A stretch of DNA of 40,749 bases, taken from the NCBI GenBank assembly GCA_002633005.1, contig NMRA01000200.1, positions 172,600-213,348 of the forward strand, in the 5' to 3' direction. Positions within the stretch are counted from its first letter, which is position 1. Every line of letters begins with the position of its first letter. Below the pieces are notes generated by a model, which worked only from the letters and a program-made list of their open reading frames with translations, made no database searches and was not told the origin of the DNA. A program made the translations under genes and the position numbers. Shown here one piece after another: positions 25,633 through 37,449 of the stretch. The stretch is from Phoronis australis (Eukaryota; Animalia; Phoronida).

Positions 25633-25683
25633 GTTCATTTGTTGAAAAAGAAAGACAAGAAATTGCCACCTATATGTATACTC
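25633..25683 (+). CDS. SLC49A4: SLC49A4/DIRC2-like MFS transporter, first visible internal exon (partial gene: join 25633-25683, 30096-30225, 31962-32067, 33070-33137, 33929-34047, 35600-35782, 37304-37449)
   Basis: TTTTCAG|..SFVEKERQEIATYMYT..|GTAAGT. Phase 1-1, in frame with the next exon, and corresponds to the segment before the FPxxPP motif. Confidence 0.7.
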
Positions 25684-25851
25684 GTAAGTTTTTTTTGTTT
25701 TTCATACTTTTGTTGTAACAAACTGACAATTACAATACAAATGTCCATAAAACATACATAAACATTTACCAGTATTATAGCTGCACTAAGTTCCATTTTT
25801 ATTATGATTTTCTAATGTACCATTATATTTCTATAGTTTTTCAAAACTAGT

Positions 25852-26880
25852 TGTGTACCGTCATAATGACCTTTATTGCTTTTAACTAACCTTGGTTACA
25901 AACATAGACTAGCAATCGTCATACACAACACTCCTCTGAGCTTAATGAAAACGTCTCTGTTTAAAATTACAGCTTTAAATGAAATGAGAGTCTTTGTTTT
26001 TCTGTACACTAACGTCTTATCACGGAAACTACACTACAGTTTTTTTACATTAAATATGGCACTTGGCATGCAAAAATGGACGCGGCCCTTAGTGGTCGCC
26101 ATCACAATGATAACATGATTTTCCCTTGGATTTATATATTTCCAGTTGATGTTTTTTTGAAGACGAAGGTTTTTTCCTTATCTTATCTGATTCACCACAG
26201 TGTTTGAGCCTGTCATTTTGTGACTTCTTTCAGACGCTGCTTCCATGCACATAGCAATTTCAACTGCTTTATCCCAAGTAAAAGACAATCCCTCACTCAA
26301 TAATTTGTTTTGAATTTAGCTGTTACGAAGACCTGCAACCAACCTATTACGGAGACGCTGTTTTATTTGATCAGCATTGCCAAAGTTGCACTTAACACTG
26401 AGTTTTTGAGCTCAACTATGTAGTCAGCAACTGACTCTCCTCAGGTTTCTGTGAGCAGGTGCCAAACGTTTAAGGTGAAGCCAGTTTGTTTGTCCCAACA
26501 TGGTGATAGTCATGTAAAGACTGACATAATTCATCGTACGATTTGTCTTCAACAGAGTCGGGCGTACATAGGGCTACTAACAGTTCCACAGCTTCCGGTC
26601 CTATGATTACCAACATAGCGTCAACTTTTTCATCGTCTTTTATTTTATTTATCTTAATCCAGGAGTCCAACCTCCATTTGTAATTTTCCCAACGTTCTGT
26701 AGAGCTATTACATGCTGATAACAAACTACTTTTTACTTTTGCCATGCTGATTGATTACGATTTGGGTCAGCAATTTTCCACTTTTTCACCTCGTCGCCAT
26801 TTGTGGTGTACCCTCGTAATGACCTTTATTACTTAACTAACCTTGGTTGCAACATAGACAAGTAATCATCATACACAACA
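25852..26880 (-). mobile_element. Gag-only Gypsy (Mag-like) LTR mini-element
   Basis: LTRs 25852-25930 and 26802-26880 (TG..CA) with 5-bp TSD CTAGT. PBS TGGCGACGAGG (26789-26799, tRNA-Ser type) and PPT-like AGAGGAG next to the 3' LTR. Degenerate gag, no pol. Confidence 0.88.
26225..26745 (-). pseudogene. Gypsy gag remnant
   Basis: WENYKWRLDSWIKINKI..IGPEAVELL..P..KSYDEL, continuing through frameshifts and a stop as SVADYIVELK..CNFG..RLRNRLVAGL..LLSE..TWDKAVEIAMCMEAA. Confidence 0.85.
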
Positions 26881-26890
26881 CTAGTGACAT

Positions 26891-27706
26891 TGTCATGTTT
26901 TTCCCGTGTGTGGGTGGGCGCAGGTTGTTACAGACCGGTGCTAATAGCTTTCGGTGCGACGATTGACTGAAGACTGGTTCGAGTTAATCCTTTATTAAGC
27001 CCGACCGTACGTTCACAAGCCTTCTCAAACAAAACGTCTGACGTAATGTCTGTTTATGCTCCAGCCAGTGCTGCGAAGCCTTGACTTGTGATGAACTTCT
27101 GAGACACGTTCAGCAAGTGTTACACTCGTAGATTCAATAACGTGCTGTCTCTATAGCTGACTGTCTATTGACTATCGCTGTAACTGCTGATTCTCTTCAC
27201 TGCAACTCAACTGTAATTCTCCTGATTAACTTTCTTGAACTGACTTGATCTGACTTGATCTCCCGACTTGATCTGACTAACACAAACCCGTGCTTGTGTA
27301 TTTATAGCCTAATGCATTGTTCTGGAACTTTACATCAATTCGAGCACATTCTAGAACTTTTCTGAATCTACCCAACCATTCTACAAACATATACTAGTCT
27401 CTAGAATATTCCACACTGCATTAATCACCGTCATGCTAGAGTCTTCTAGAAAGTTCCACACTATACTGTAGTAAACAAATTACATCATCACTGTTCTGAC
27501 CTCAGTCTTCTAGAAAGTTCTGCACTATTTTGTAGTAAACAAATTACATCACTATTGAACTCAGTCTACTAGAAAGTTCCATATTATTCTGTAGTAAACA
27601 AATTACATCATCATTGTACTTAACTCAGGGGTCATGCCAACCAAACTGAATAACAAAACAAAACAAAACAATACAACTAATAATACTGTCAGACTATATT
27701 CTGACA
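26891..27706 (-). mobile_element. Complete solo LTR (816 bp)
   Basis: TGTCA...TGACA termini with 5-bp TSD GACAT (26886-26890, 27707-27711). Minus-strand TATA at 27299-27306 and AATAAA at 26991-26996. A second copy starts at 853. Confidence 0.88.
27319..27625 (-). promoter_or_regulatory. Cluster of heat-shock elements and forkhead (GTAAACAA) motifs in the LTR U3
   Basis: TTCTAGAAAGTTC at 27444-27456 and 27508-27520, plus partial HSEs at ~27319, 27348, 27399 and 27567. Three ~62-bp units each also carry GTAAACAAAT. Confidence 0.6.
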
Positions 27707-28089
27707 GACATCAGTTGTTAACTGAATTTTGTTCTGCATTCTACATTGATAAATGACATTTTTTGTTATTAAAACTACAAGATTTATACTGTTGTTACAT
27801 TCGGAATTTCTGAACAGAATGTCAAGGTTGTTTAAAAAATCATTCCTAAGGAAATCATCACAAACTTTTTTCTACAACTTTCTTACATATCTGCATTCCA
27901 AATGTAAATGTCATATAGTCTCTGTGCTCAGAGCAAAATGTGCAAAGTTTGAGCACCCTGTTTGAGCAATGACGATATATGCAACAGTGGAGTCGACATT
28001 GTCGGGAATTTTTATTCAGACTGGTAAAGGGTATCTAACCAAATTTGTGGAACTATTTACAACTGGTTCACAGTGAAACACAATGAATA

Positions 28090-28303
28090 GTAGCCTGAAG
28101 ATGAGATATGTGTCTTGAAATACCACTTTTTAAATTATGTGAACCTACTGATGCCGTTTGGATTTTTATTGCATTGTTGTGATATAAAGACAAGATCTCT
28201 ATTCAGAGAGTTTGAAAGAACTGAAATTAAACTAGTTAAAACAAATCAAAGTCGTGTCTTCAATGAAATATGTATACGAGAAAGATTACTGCCCAATTAT
28301 AGT
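28090..28303 (+). mobile_element. Penelope-like element pseudo-LTR fragment (degenerate hammerhead core plus ORF N-terminus)
   Basis: CTGAAGA(28095)-stem-GAAA(28117), then ATG 28151 reading MPFGFLL..TRSLFREFERTEIKLVK..VFNEICIRERLLPNYS, typical of PLE ORF starts. Confidence 0.6.
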
Positions 28304-28587
28304 GATTCTAAGTTGTTTGTATATTGCGTCCATTGACTACTCATATTTGTCCAATAAACCAGCAACCATAAAGGCTTTTGAGTCGAATTTATGATTTTGA
28401 TGCTTATAAATATAAGTAAATACAGCTTGTCTGTGTTGACAATGGATTTTTTAGAAAGCTGAATGAGACAACTCATTTGACTGCCTATCCACTTCTTGTA
28501 ATGATTCACAAAGCTGTCCCAGCTCAATGAGAAGCTGATAAGCAAAATCTCACCAATTTTATACAAAAATAATTACCAAAATTACTC

Positions 28588-29560
28588 TTTTCATGCACCC
28601 ATTTGTGGGTGCATGTGTTGCCACCATGCATAAATACTGTATTTTCATAGGTTACCCTTACCAGACAGCCCATTACAATATTCTTTGTGCTCCCAAATGT
28701 TTATTTTTTATGTTTGTTATGGAAACATCCTTAACAGTAGAACTTATGGTAAGCCCAGAAAATGCTGTCAGAGAAGCATGTCTGGGTGTAACACTTATTT
28801 TTTGGAAATAATTCCAAGCAAGGACTATGCAAAAGCATTTTAAAGAGTCCACTGCTCGATTTACTCAGTATGTGCCTATGAATGGTATCACAAACCTCAA
28901 GAGTTATAGCTGACAGTTGTAAAACTTCCCTGTCTGGAAACGATTGAGACTCGAGTGCAAAATAACGTTGTTATCACAGGAATGGGCCACAGCTGAATCT
29001 ACTGAACCCCTTGCGACAACAATGACTTTTGGACAGATCCGACAACCACTGACATTACCTCCTTCTGGAAAATTTAGTTTTTTTATGTTTGCCTGTATTT
29101 GAGAAAATCATTAGGAGATATGAAGGAAGCGGAAACAACTTGGATGGACTTGTGATATTCTACGCCTTTTAGTCACTTTTTTGTTATTTTCAAGTTTTTC
29201 AGGAGTGCTTTTCTATCAACCGTCATATGGCAGATATTCCTATTGAGCAAAGCACGGCTGACATTGATTTTTTGATGAGTGCGACTTCCGTAATGCCCCC
29301 TAGGCGCAATTTAATTTATTTTTTTGCATCTAACCTTTTCTTAATTATTTCAACTGAGTTCTATGGATCTTCATGAAATTTGGCATATGTGGTCTTATTG
29401 AGGAGGGCATGGTTGCCGATGATTATCGGACAGGTTTGACTGCTTAATGGTACACTTTATTGTCAATTTTTGTGTGTTTGCCTCAATGTCTTGTAAGCTC
29501 TTTTATGCCGATTTTCGTGAAGTTTCACGTGTGTTCCCAGTGTTCTCACAGGAATTAAAA
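28588..29560 (+). mobile_element. Degenerate HINE-like fragment(s) related to 23659-25050
   Basis: 5' palindrome CATGCACCCATTTGTGGGTGCATG, and TCTTCATGAAATTTGGC and GCCCCCTAG motifs at ~29295-29385. Boundaries are approximate. Confidence 0.35.
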
Positions 29561-30095
29561 TTAAACATGTTGAGCACAACAACACTTATCAATATAACAA
29601 TGTTCAACAAAAACACAAAGGGGAGAGCAACATGTTCTGTGTTCTTGGTTAACATGTTTGTGAATAATTTAATCATATAACTTTTTGTTATAATTTTGAT
29701 TAAAATGGCAAGTTACAGATTAAAGTGGGCACTAAACTATAAATGTGAGAATGGTTTTCACAGGCTGAAAACACTTAAAGCATTGTAGTAGCAACTGTGT
29801 AAAATAAACACTTCGTTTGCTTGCTTGTCTGATGGTGGCCTAGCTGAATTGCACAACTTGAACATGGTAAAAGTAGTAATTTGTCGCTAAACACTTAAAA
29901 AAATTTCATGAAAAATTGAAAAAGTGTCGATGGTGGTGTGCCTTAAATTGTCGAGATTTCTCCATATTTAAGTGCTCTCTATAAACAATAAAACAGCTTA
30001 TTTTAATAAGTTATTCTTTCTAAAAATGCATAATTATGCAAAAAATCCATTTCAAGCTTCGAAAATGAACTTTTACTCTCGTCATTCAATTTCAG

Positions 30096-30225
30096 AATTG
30101 ATTTCATCTGTAGTTTTCTTCATACTGGCTGTAATATACTTTCCTGCACGACCACCTTCAGCTCCAAGTATGTCTGCTCAGACAGCTCGAGAAGATTTTC
30201 TAGCAGGCTTCAAAGGAATGCTCAA
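30096..30225 (+). CDS. SLC49A4: SLC49A4-like MFS transporter exon
   Basis: LISSVVFFILAVIYFPARPPSAPSMSAQTAREDFLAGFKGML, containing the SLC49 FPxxPPxxPSxxA signature. AG/GTGAGT boundaries. Confidence 0.9.
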
Positions 30226-31961
30226 GTGAGTTCATAGGATTTGCATAATGTGATGTAAAGTGTTTAGTTTTTGCCTGAGCAGTTTAAGTGTCAATGGTCA
30301 CAATGTTATCTGCTTGTTATTCTCTGTTATAAAAAACGGTTTATGGCAAAACAAGAAACACATGCAAATTATCTGCATTCCAAAAAGCAGTCGTTAGCAC
30401 TTGAACACTGTGACTCAATCCATTGTCACTGACATGCGAACGAGGAGGCATCACACCTTATTAGAGTACAATCTTGTCACAACACAGAATGCACATTATA
30501 GCCCTATGTTTTCATATACTTTGTATAAATTCTGTTGTTTAAATCATGTAACATAAACCAACCACCAGTTTCTAGATATGTCAATTGAACTACTGTGCTC
30601 ACACAAAAATGTAATTCATAGACAAATGAACATACAACAAGTTGAGGCACTACATCAAAACTATAGGGGGTGGCTTAGTACAGGTAACATCCCCCCTTTT
30701 TTCAAGCACAAAATGCAATACGAAATTCAAAATTAACTGGTTAATATGGTTATGTAGGACCTTTTCAACATGTCAGTGTATTAAAGCCAAGCATATACAA
30801 AATTCGCTGTTTTCACACTGACTGGTAATTGATGTCGGTCAATGGCATGGAATTGTGGTGCCATTGTATGTGATTAGCTTGGCTTGTGTCTGTGTGAGAT
30901 GCTGTGGTTTCGAACATTTGTTGTCGTCAACTTGGTGTGGGAACATGTTTCTATATGTCCCGAGTTAGGTGTTGCCTTGGGTGCCAGTGTCACGTTTGAG
31001 GTTTTGACTGTGCACACCTTCATTTAGAGGAAGTTTAATTTTCAATGTGGCATATGCCTCATATTGTGTTTTTGAGAAGTTGCTTCAACTCTTTCAAATG
31101 TGAAAGTTTCTAATCATGGGTCTAGAAATTCATCTGTAAACTGCATGAATTTGCTGTTTCGAGTCACTTGGCTTGCCAGTTGGTGTCCTTTTAGGGCTTG
31201 CATTTTGAGAGTTATGCTTCGTAACTGCGTCCTTAGAGTTTGATCACTTTCTACAGGGTTAAATCATCTCTGTTTGGAACTCAGTAGTAGGTGTGGTAGG
31301 GGTGCACAACATTATTACCTCAACCAAGCGTTTGTTTGTTTCTTCATTAGAGATATGGCACTTTTTGGTTAATTTGAACCTGTTTACAGTCATCTGGTTG
31401 TTGCCTGTGTGTACTTATCATTTTAAGGGTCTGCAATTTTTTGTTGGTTGGATGCCCGTCAGACTTTAGATTTACACTACACATTCTTCCTGGGATATCA
31501 TTGTATTCTTTCTCAGTGAAATTTTTTTTCACTAATTTGTATGGCATCTTAATTAGGGTAATCTCACTGGAATCCAAAAAGATTCTCACTTACTTGCAGG
31601 ATAAAAATTTTCTTAAGCTTTTTTGTAAGACAACCATTTGCAATGGGCATAAAAGATCACAATAAATGGTCCATAGTTAGATGACTCCTAGTCCCCCAGA
31701 CCAATGTTTTTCCAGGCTTATGCCCCTAATCTTGTGCTACACCCAGGTATAATGCTTTCTGGGCTTAACTAATTGCGCATTATATTTTTCATAACAAACT
31801 TTAAAAACTCCTTTGTTCATTCAGGTTATATTGGGACATTCCAGGCTCTGTTGAATACCAGAGAGAAATTTTGTTTATTATCTTGTAACAAAACTGTCAA
31901 ATCTATTTGGAAAGAAATGCATCTTGTTCGTAAACCTATTCATGAATCATTTCTTTTTTAG

Positions 31962-32067
31962 GAACCCTGCATTCTGGCTGCTAGCTCTTGCCTTTGTTGC
32001 CGTGGCTTGGTCTTTTTGCTGGGTAGCTTTGCTGGACATCGATATGAGTGGAGATCATGTATCTCAG
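31962..32067 (+). CDS. SLC49A4: SLC49A4-like MFS transporter exon
   Basis: NPAFWLLALAFVAVAWSFCWVALLDIDMSGDHVSQ. Phases are consistent with neighbouring exons. Confidence 0.88.
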
Positions 32068-33069
32068 GTATACTTGCTCAAAGGCATGCAGCTTCAACAC
32101 TTAAACTCATGTGCATACAAATCCCGGTGGTCAACAAAATTTGTCATTAAGCATGACTGTTGTGGTTTCTGCCCAATCACAATGCACTTTGGCAGAGACT
32201 CTGCTTCAAGATCAAAATGTAAAGGTCCACTAGCTTGGCCTCTTCCATTTCTCTGTTGTTATATAAATTTAAAGCAAACAACGAGACTTTGAAATGCTGA
32301 AATATTAAAATGTCCTTTTGTCAACAGAAACACATAAACAACAAAGGGAATTTTAATATTAAAAAATTCAGAATCCCTTGCTGCTTTTAATTGTTTTTCT
32401 GTTTTACTATTCCACGAGCAATGATATCCCTCTGTGATGGAAGATTACCTCAGTTAGTGACAGATTTAGCTTTTATTATTTGTTATTATTAGACTATCAG
32501 CGCATGAATATAATATTGATTATGTTTAATACTTCTCAAAATTTTATCCCAAATGTTCTTTTTCAAGCTGTACCAGGACATTTTTGTTGCTGTTCTCACT
32601 AAAATCTTCTTGTATGAACTGCAGAACAATGTCCCACTCTTAAGTTGCGTTACTTCCAATTGTACTGCCCTTTAGAAAGTCTTCACGCAAAGTGATCTAT
32701 TTTGCATTTACATTTTTAATTAATGAACACGTGGTTTAGATTATACTAGTCTTGCAAAAATGAAAGGTCCATTGATTACAACACAGTGGTATCAATAGCA
32801 TGACCACATTTGATTTGCTTTAAATTAAATTACAAAAATGCTGTTATTGTTTTCTAAATTATCATTTCGTTTTATGCTATCATAGAAGTCCTATGTTTTG
32901 ATAACCCCACGTGCAAACATGGGACATTTTAAAAATTTCTATCAATGTTTTGGAGAACAATGTATGCAAGTTTTGTATGAATTGTTCGTTTAGCCATTTT
33001 CGAACTTAAGTTAAATTTTGAATTTTTCTAGTGTCCTACGTAAACTTAATTGTTCATTATACATTTCAG

Positions 33070-33137
33070 ATTGACATTGGATTTATAGGATTTTGGTCGC
33101 AAGTAGCTGGTGTGATCGCTGCAGTGGCGATGGGATG
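33070..33137 (+). CDS. SLC49A4: SLC49A4-like MFS transporter exon
   Basis: IDIGFIGFWSQVAGVIAAVAMG (cf. DIRC2 DAGWIGFWS). Confidence 0.88.
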
Positions 33138-33928
33138 GTATGCAGCTAGTTTATAAAACTGCTTGAGCTGGTTACCTATCAGTTATAGCCTGTCAGTTAC
33201 ACAAAGTAACTAGCTTTTAAAAATTAAAGTTGTCAAAGTGAGTGTGACCACAAGAGTCAAGCCATAAATAATTCGCTTACAAGGAAAACACATTTTTGTA
33301 ACGATATGCGAGAATTTTCACCACTGGTTCTTCACCTGTGCGCTGGGCGGCTTTAAGCAGGATCAAAGAGTGTGGCGCGCCAGAGTCGGACACTGAGTTT
33401 TGATGACCACATTTTCCAGTATGAGCGAAATCCAATTAAGCGACCACAAACTGTAGTAAATAGTCTTAACAACATGATTCATCGTCACCTTAGTACAATC
33501 ATTTTGCACTTTTTCGCGAATATCAGTTTTCTGGTAGCGTGTTACTCCTACAATTTTACTCGATTATGTGAGAACTTTATATAGTACAGCTTTCACCAAC
33601 AAACACGCTGAAATTTCGAATATTTTTGGTGAAGCCATTACAAACAAATGAAACATGTTCAATAAAACTTGACTCAGGGAAAATTTGCTGCCCAGAAACT
33701 CTGATTTTCCATCCATGAGTAAATTTGAACCAAAGTTATAAACAGACAGCACAGTCGTGTCTCTATCTTGCTAAAAGTTTTGTTAAATTTATCTCCTTGT
33801 TATTAAATTTTAGCTGCGACTAGTTACAATGTGGTCAGCATAGAGCCACACATCTCATAAGATTCTTAACTTTGGTTAGGTCCAATAACATGCTATTTGA
33901 CATCATATTCTGTCACTTTCGTCCTCAG

Positions 33929-34047
33929 GCTCTCTTCAATCTGTTCCGGTCATCTCAAGACTTGTATCACCGTCTCAATGGTTTTGTCTGCTGGCTTCTT
34001 TACACTATTTCTTTTACTTAATCATGGTGTCCTTCATTTTAGCATGG
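33929..34047 (+). CDS. SLC49A4: SLC49A4-like MFS transporter exon
   Basis: LSSICSGHLKTCITVSMVLSAGFFTLFLLLNHGVLHFSM. CAG/GTAAGT boundaries. Confidence 0.85.
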
Positions 34048-35599
34048 GTAAGTAATGTTAAAATTTATGATTTACAATTTTGTTAAAAGTAGTAGAGTGT
34101 AGATCAACTTTAATATTTTATTTTAACTTTTCATAATGTACAATATCCAATACTCATTATAACAGGAAAGCCCTCAAAGAACAGGACACCAAATAAAACA
34201 CCAGAGTATATTAGGCCTACCTGACTTTGAGTTCAACACTTGACATAAGACATGCACCTTGGTCAAAAACTTTGGCTTGTGTCAGCACAGTCAACAATTC
34301 TACTATTTTTGGTGGCAATAACATTTTCTTATTTGGCCATAAATGAATACTGTTAAAAGAGAATCAGTCATATGGCATAGTGGGAATTTCAGGTTACGAA
34401 TTAGAATTGATTGCTCTAAACGTGTTGAGATAAACCAATTTCTTTATCAATGATGATTTTGTGTTTTCTGGTAATTCTCTACCAAGGCTTGTTCTTTAAA
34501 CCTCTGAAGTCCCAAGAGTCTCTGGTTTTTGGAAAATTACTGTAATTCTCCACTTATTTTGCACAAAAATAGGTGCCAAAGTTTTCATTTTTCCATTTTT
34601 TAAAGGCTGATTATTTTGCTACAAGTAGTGGAAACTTTACCAAATGTTGTTCTATGAAATCTGCAAAGTACAAACTAAATCAGTAATAGGCTAAATGTTT
34701 TCTTAATCTTTATTTTTGTAAAGAAATGTGTCTTAACTAAACTCCAGTTAAGAAGGGTTTATGACCCTGGGTGTTTGATAATCCCCTATGGATAGGTGAA
34801 TAGCTGAGCCCAAGATGGATTCAGTACAAGTCCTTAGTGCTGACTTTTAATACTTGGCCAATTCAAAGTGACTAGCTTCTCAATTCAAATCAATAGTTTC
34901 TTTCACAACAGTGTAAATAAATGCTAACTGGATTAAAATATTTTATTTGCCAACTTGTACTCTGTTCCACAGTCTAGTAGAATCATATACCAAGTGGCAA
35001 ATTGTAGCAACCCTTTAAGCTATTGTTGTTACCTCATATTAATATATGCATTGAAAGATTTTTTGTACTAAACTTCATTTAATTGAAAATGAAAATTGAA
35101 AACCATCATCATACCAAGAATTGTAGGATGACACTTGGCTTACCTCAAAATCCTACTGCTTCCTGGTGGCTTGGTAATTGGCCCAATTATGTTTCAGAAC
35201 TAATGAGGAAGGTATTATTGGAACATTAAACAAATGTTTTGGGTTGTTTCAAGAACGTAATCACGTTTACTTTTTCATGAATTCTTTAAAAACAAAAATT
35301 TAAAGATACCATTGTCGCCCCAATGTGTTTATGATGGTCTCATTGTCTAGAGAACGAGAACATCAGAAGCCTGAGGTGATTTAATTAACCACAACAGCAT
35401 GGTGTCTTTGATCTAAATAGGGCAGATTCTGTGGTGCTCAAACCCATTGAGTTGCTCAGTCTCGACCAGTTAGGGTGTCAAGGTAGAATTCTTTTAATGG
35501 TACAATCATATAGTGACTCAAACATTTACCTTTAGAATGTTCAAGTTGGATCTCAAGAACCTAGAATTTTGTAAATAAATGTACTTTTGTCTTTTTCAG

Positions 35600-35782
35600 T
35601 TTTGTTATACATCTCAACAGTTGGGACAAATATATTTGCTGGCATTGCCTTACCGTTGTTCTATGAGCTATGCTGTGAGTGTGTGTTTCCCATATCAGAG
35701 AGCATCACCTCCAGTATACTGTCTATAGTTAACAATGTCGGTGGAGCAGTCTTCTTCCTTATATTTCTAATACCCAATGTTG
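35600..35782 (+). CDS. SLC49A4: SLC49A4-like MFS transporter exon
   Basis: LYISTVGTNIFAGIALPLFYELCCECVFPISESITSSIL.., containing the PLFxELxxExxxPxxE motif of SLC49. Confidence 0.92.
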
Positions 35783-36541
35783 GTAAGTATCGATGGTGCA
35801 TTTACATTTCTTGTACCTTTTTTAATTGCACCTGTGGATCCGTTTCATGAGAGTTGAATGCTGATTGATGACATCACGCCCATTATTTAACGACACTGAT
35901 ATTGCTACATCTACAGTGGCACTTCTTTGCTGGTTTTGTGCAAAATGTGCCTAACCCCTGAAATTTCATTTTGTCAAGTTTCTCCTTCAAAAATAAAAAT
36001 TTTAGAAAAGATTGTATTTTAGACTGATTTGCATAGTTTGTGTTATGTACTACTAGCTGTTCAAAGACAACACTTAAATTACTAGACAGTATTTTCCATT
36101 ATTGCGGATTAGCTGAAGGGTGACTGCAATAGTGGACACTTTTCTGAAGAAATAATAAGGTATTATTATAAGTTATTTTTATTTCATAATATAGCCAAAA
36201 AGTATCAAAACTGATGAGAGACGTTAGTTTCAAATTAATGTAAGTAGTTTTCACAAGGCCATGATGCTTGAATCACTTTGATTTGCATTTGTACTGAATT
36301 TTTACAGAAAGTTAATCTTAAGTAAAGAAGGCAATATGTTGCTGTTGTTTGGTCATTTCCTCTCAACTGTTAATTATTTTGCATTTCTATTCTGTCTTGC
36401 TTTAGTGACATTTTCCTTGAATGAATGAGACTCCATGATTAAACACCGATTAAACACCGTTCCACAAACTTGAAATGCATTATTCACAGAACTAAATGTT
36501 GTCACAACTAAAATGCAATAAACGTGAGAGGATTTAAAATT

Positions 36542-36930
36542 TTGGTGGCATTCACGCTAAGGGCACATGAAAAGACTGGTGGCAGTCACACAAAGGCCAC
36601 CTATGAGTAGTATGAAAGGATTGGTGCTTGTCACACTAAGGGCACATATGGGTGGTATGAAAAGATTGGTGCCAGTCACACTAAGGGCACCTATGGGTAG
36701 TATGAAAAGATTGGTGGCAGTCACACTAAGGGCACCTATGGGTAGTATGAAAGGATTGGTGGCAGTCACACAAAGGCCACTTATGAGTAGTATGAAAGGA
36801 TTGGTGGCAGTCACACTAAGAGCACCTATGGGTAGTAGGAAAGGATTGGTGCCAGTCACACTAAGGCCACCTATGGGTAGTATGAAAATATTGGTGCCAG
36901 TCACACTAAGGGCACTTGTGGGTAGTATGA
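36542..36930. repeat. 45-bp minisatellite (~8.5 copies) in the last intron
   Basis: Unit ATGAAAAGATTGGTGGCAGTCACACTAAGGGCACCTATGGGTAGT. Confidence 0.95.
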
Positions 36931-37303
36931 TTTTCATTCCTGTGACTCATAATGAGTTGTACTTTAACATTTTTTTAGCAATTTTTGAAATACATATTCA
37001 CAAACAATATGATTAAGCAGAAAAATTTAACTGGGTTGTCTGAAAATAAGTCAATATTGTCTCCTTTCCCTGCCACTCACACAGTGGGCCATAGAATATG
37101 TTCAATCTTTTACATACAGAAGAACCTAATGATAGGGCTCCATCGACTGCAGAAAACTTTCAGTTGGCAATTCTTTAGGTAAACAACTTAATGAATTTTG
37201 TAATGTTCAAATATTGTAAATTGAAACATGGCTAGCTAGCATTTGACAAATCTCTAATGAATGTTCCCGTAGTTCTCAGTTTCCTGTGATCTTTCATTGC
37301 CAG

Positions 37304-37449
37304 GTACAGCCTGGATTGACTGGTGTGTACTGGGCAGTCAGGTACTCGGTATACTGTGTCTGTTAGTAGTTCGAGTCAAGTATAGAAGGACTCAAGTCGA
37401 CACAAGGGTCAACTTATTGCCTGACCAGGAGACAACAGACGTTACTTGA
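37304..37449 (+). CDS. SLC49A4: SLC49A4-like MFS transporter terminal exon
   Basis: GTAWIDWCVLGSQVLGILCLLVVRVKYRRTQVD..T*, matching the WxxWC..YxRxxxD C-terminal pattern. Confidence 0.9.

Noticed and set aside
853-27706. One giant 27-kb LTR element bounded by the two LTR copies and carrying ApoD
   Set aside because: The right copy has its own TSD on both sides (GACAT) and the left copy has a different flank. No PBS or PPT was seen adjoining them.
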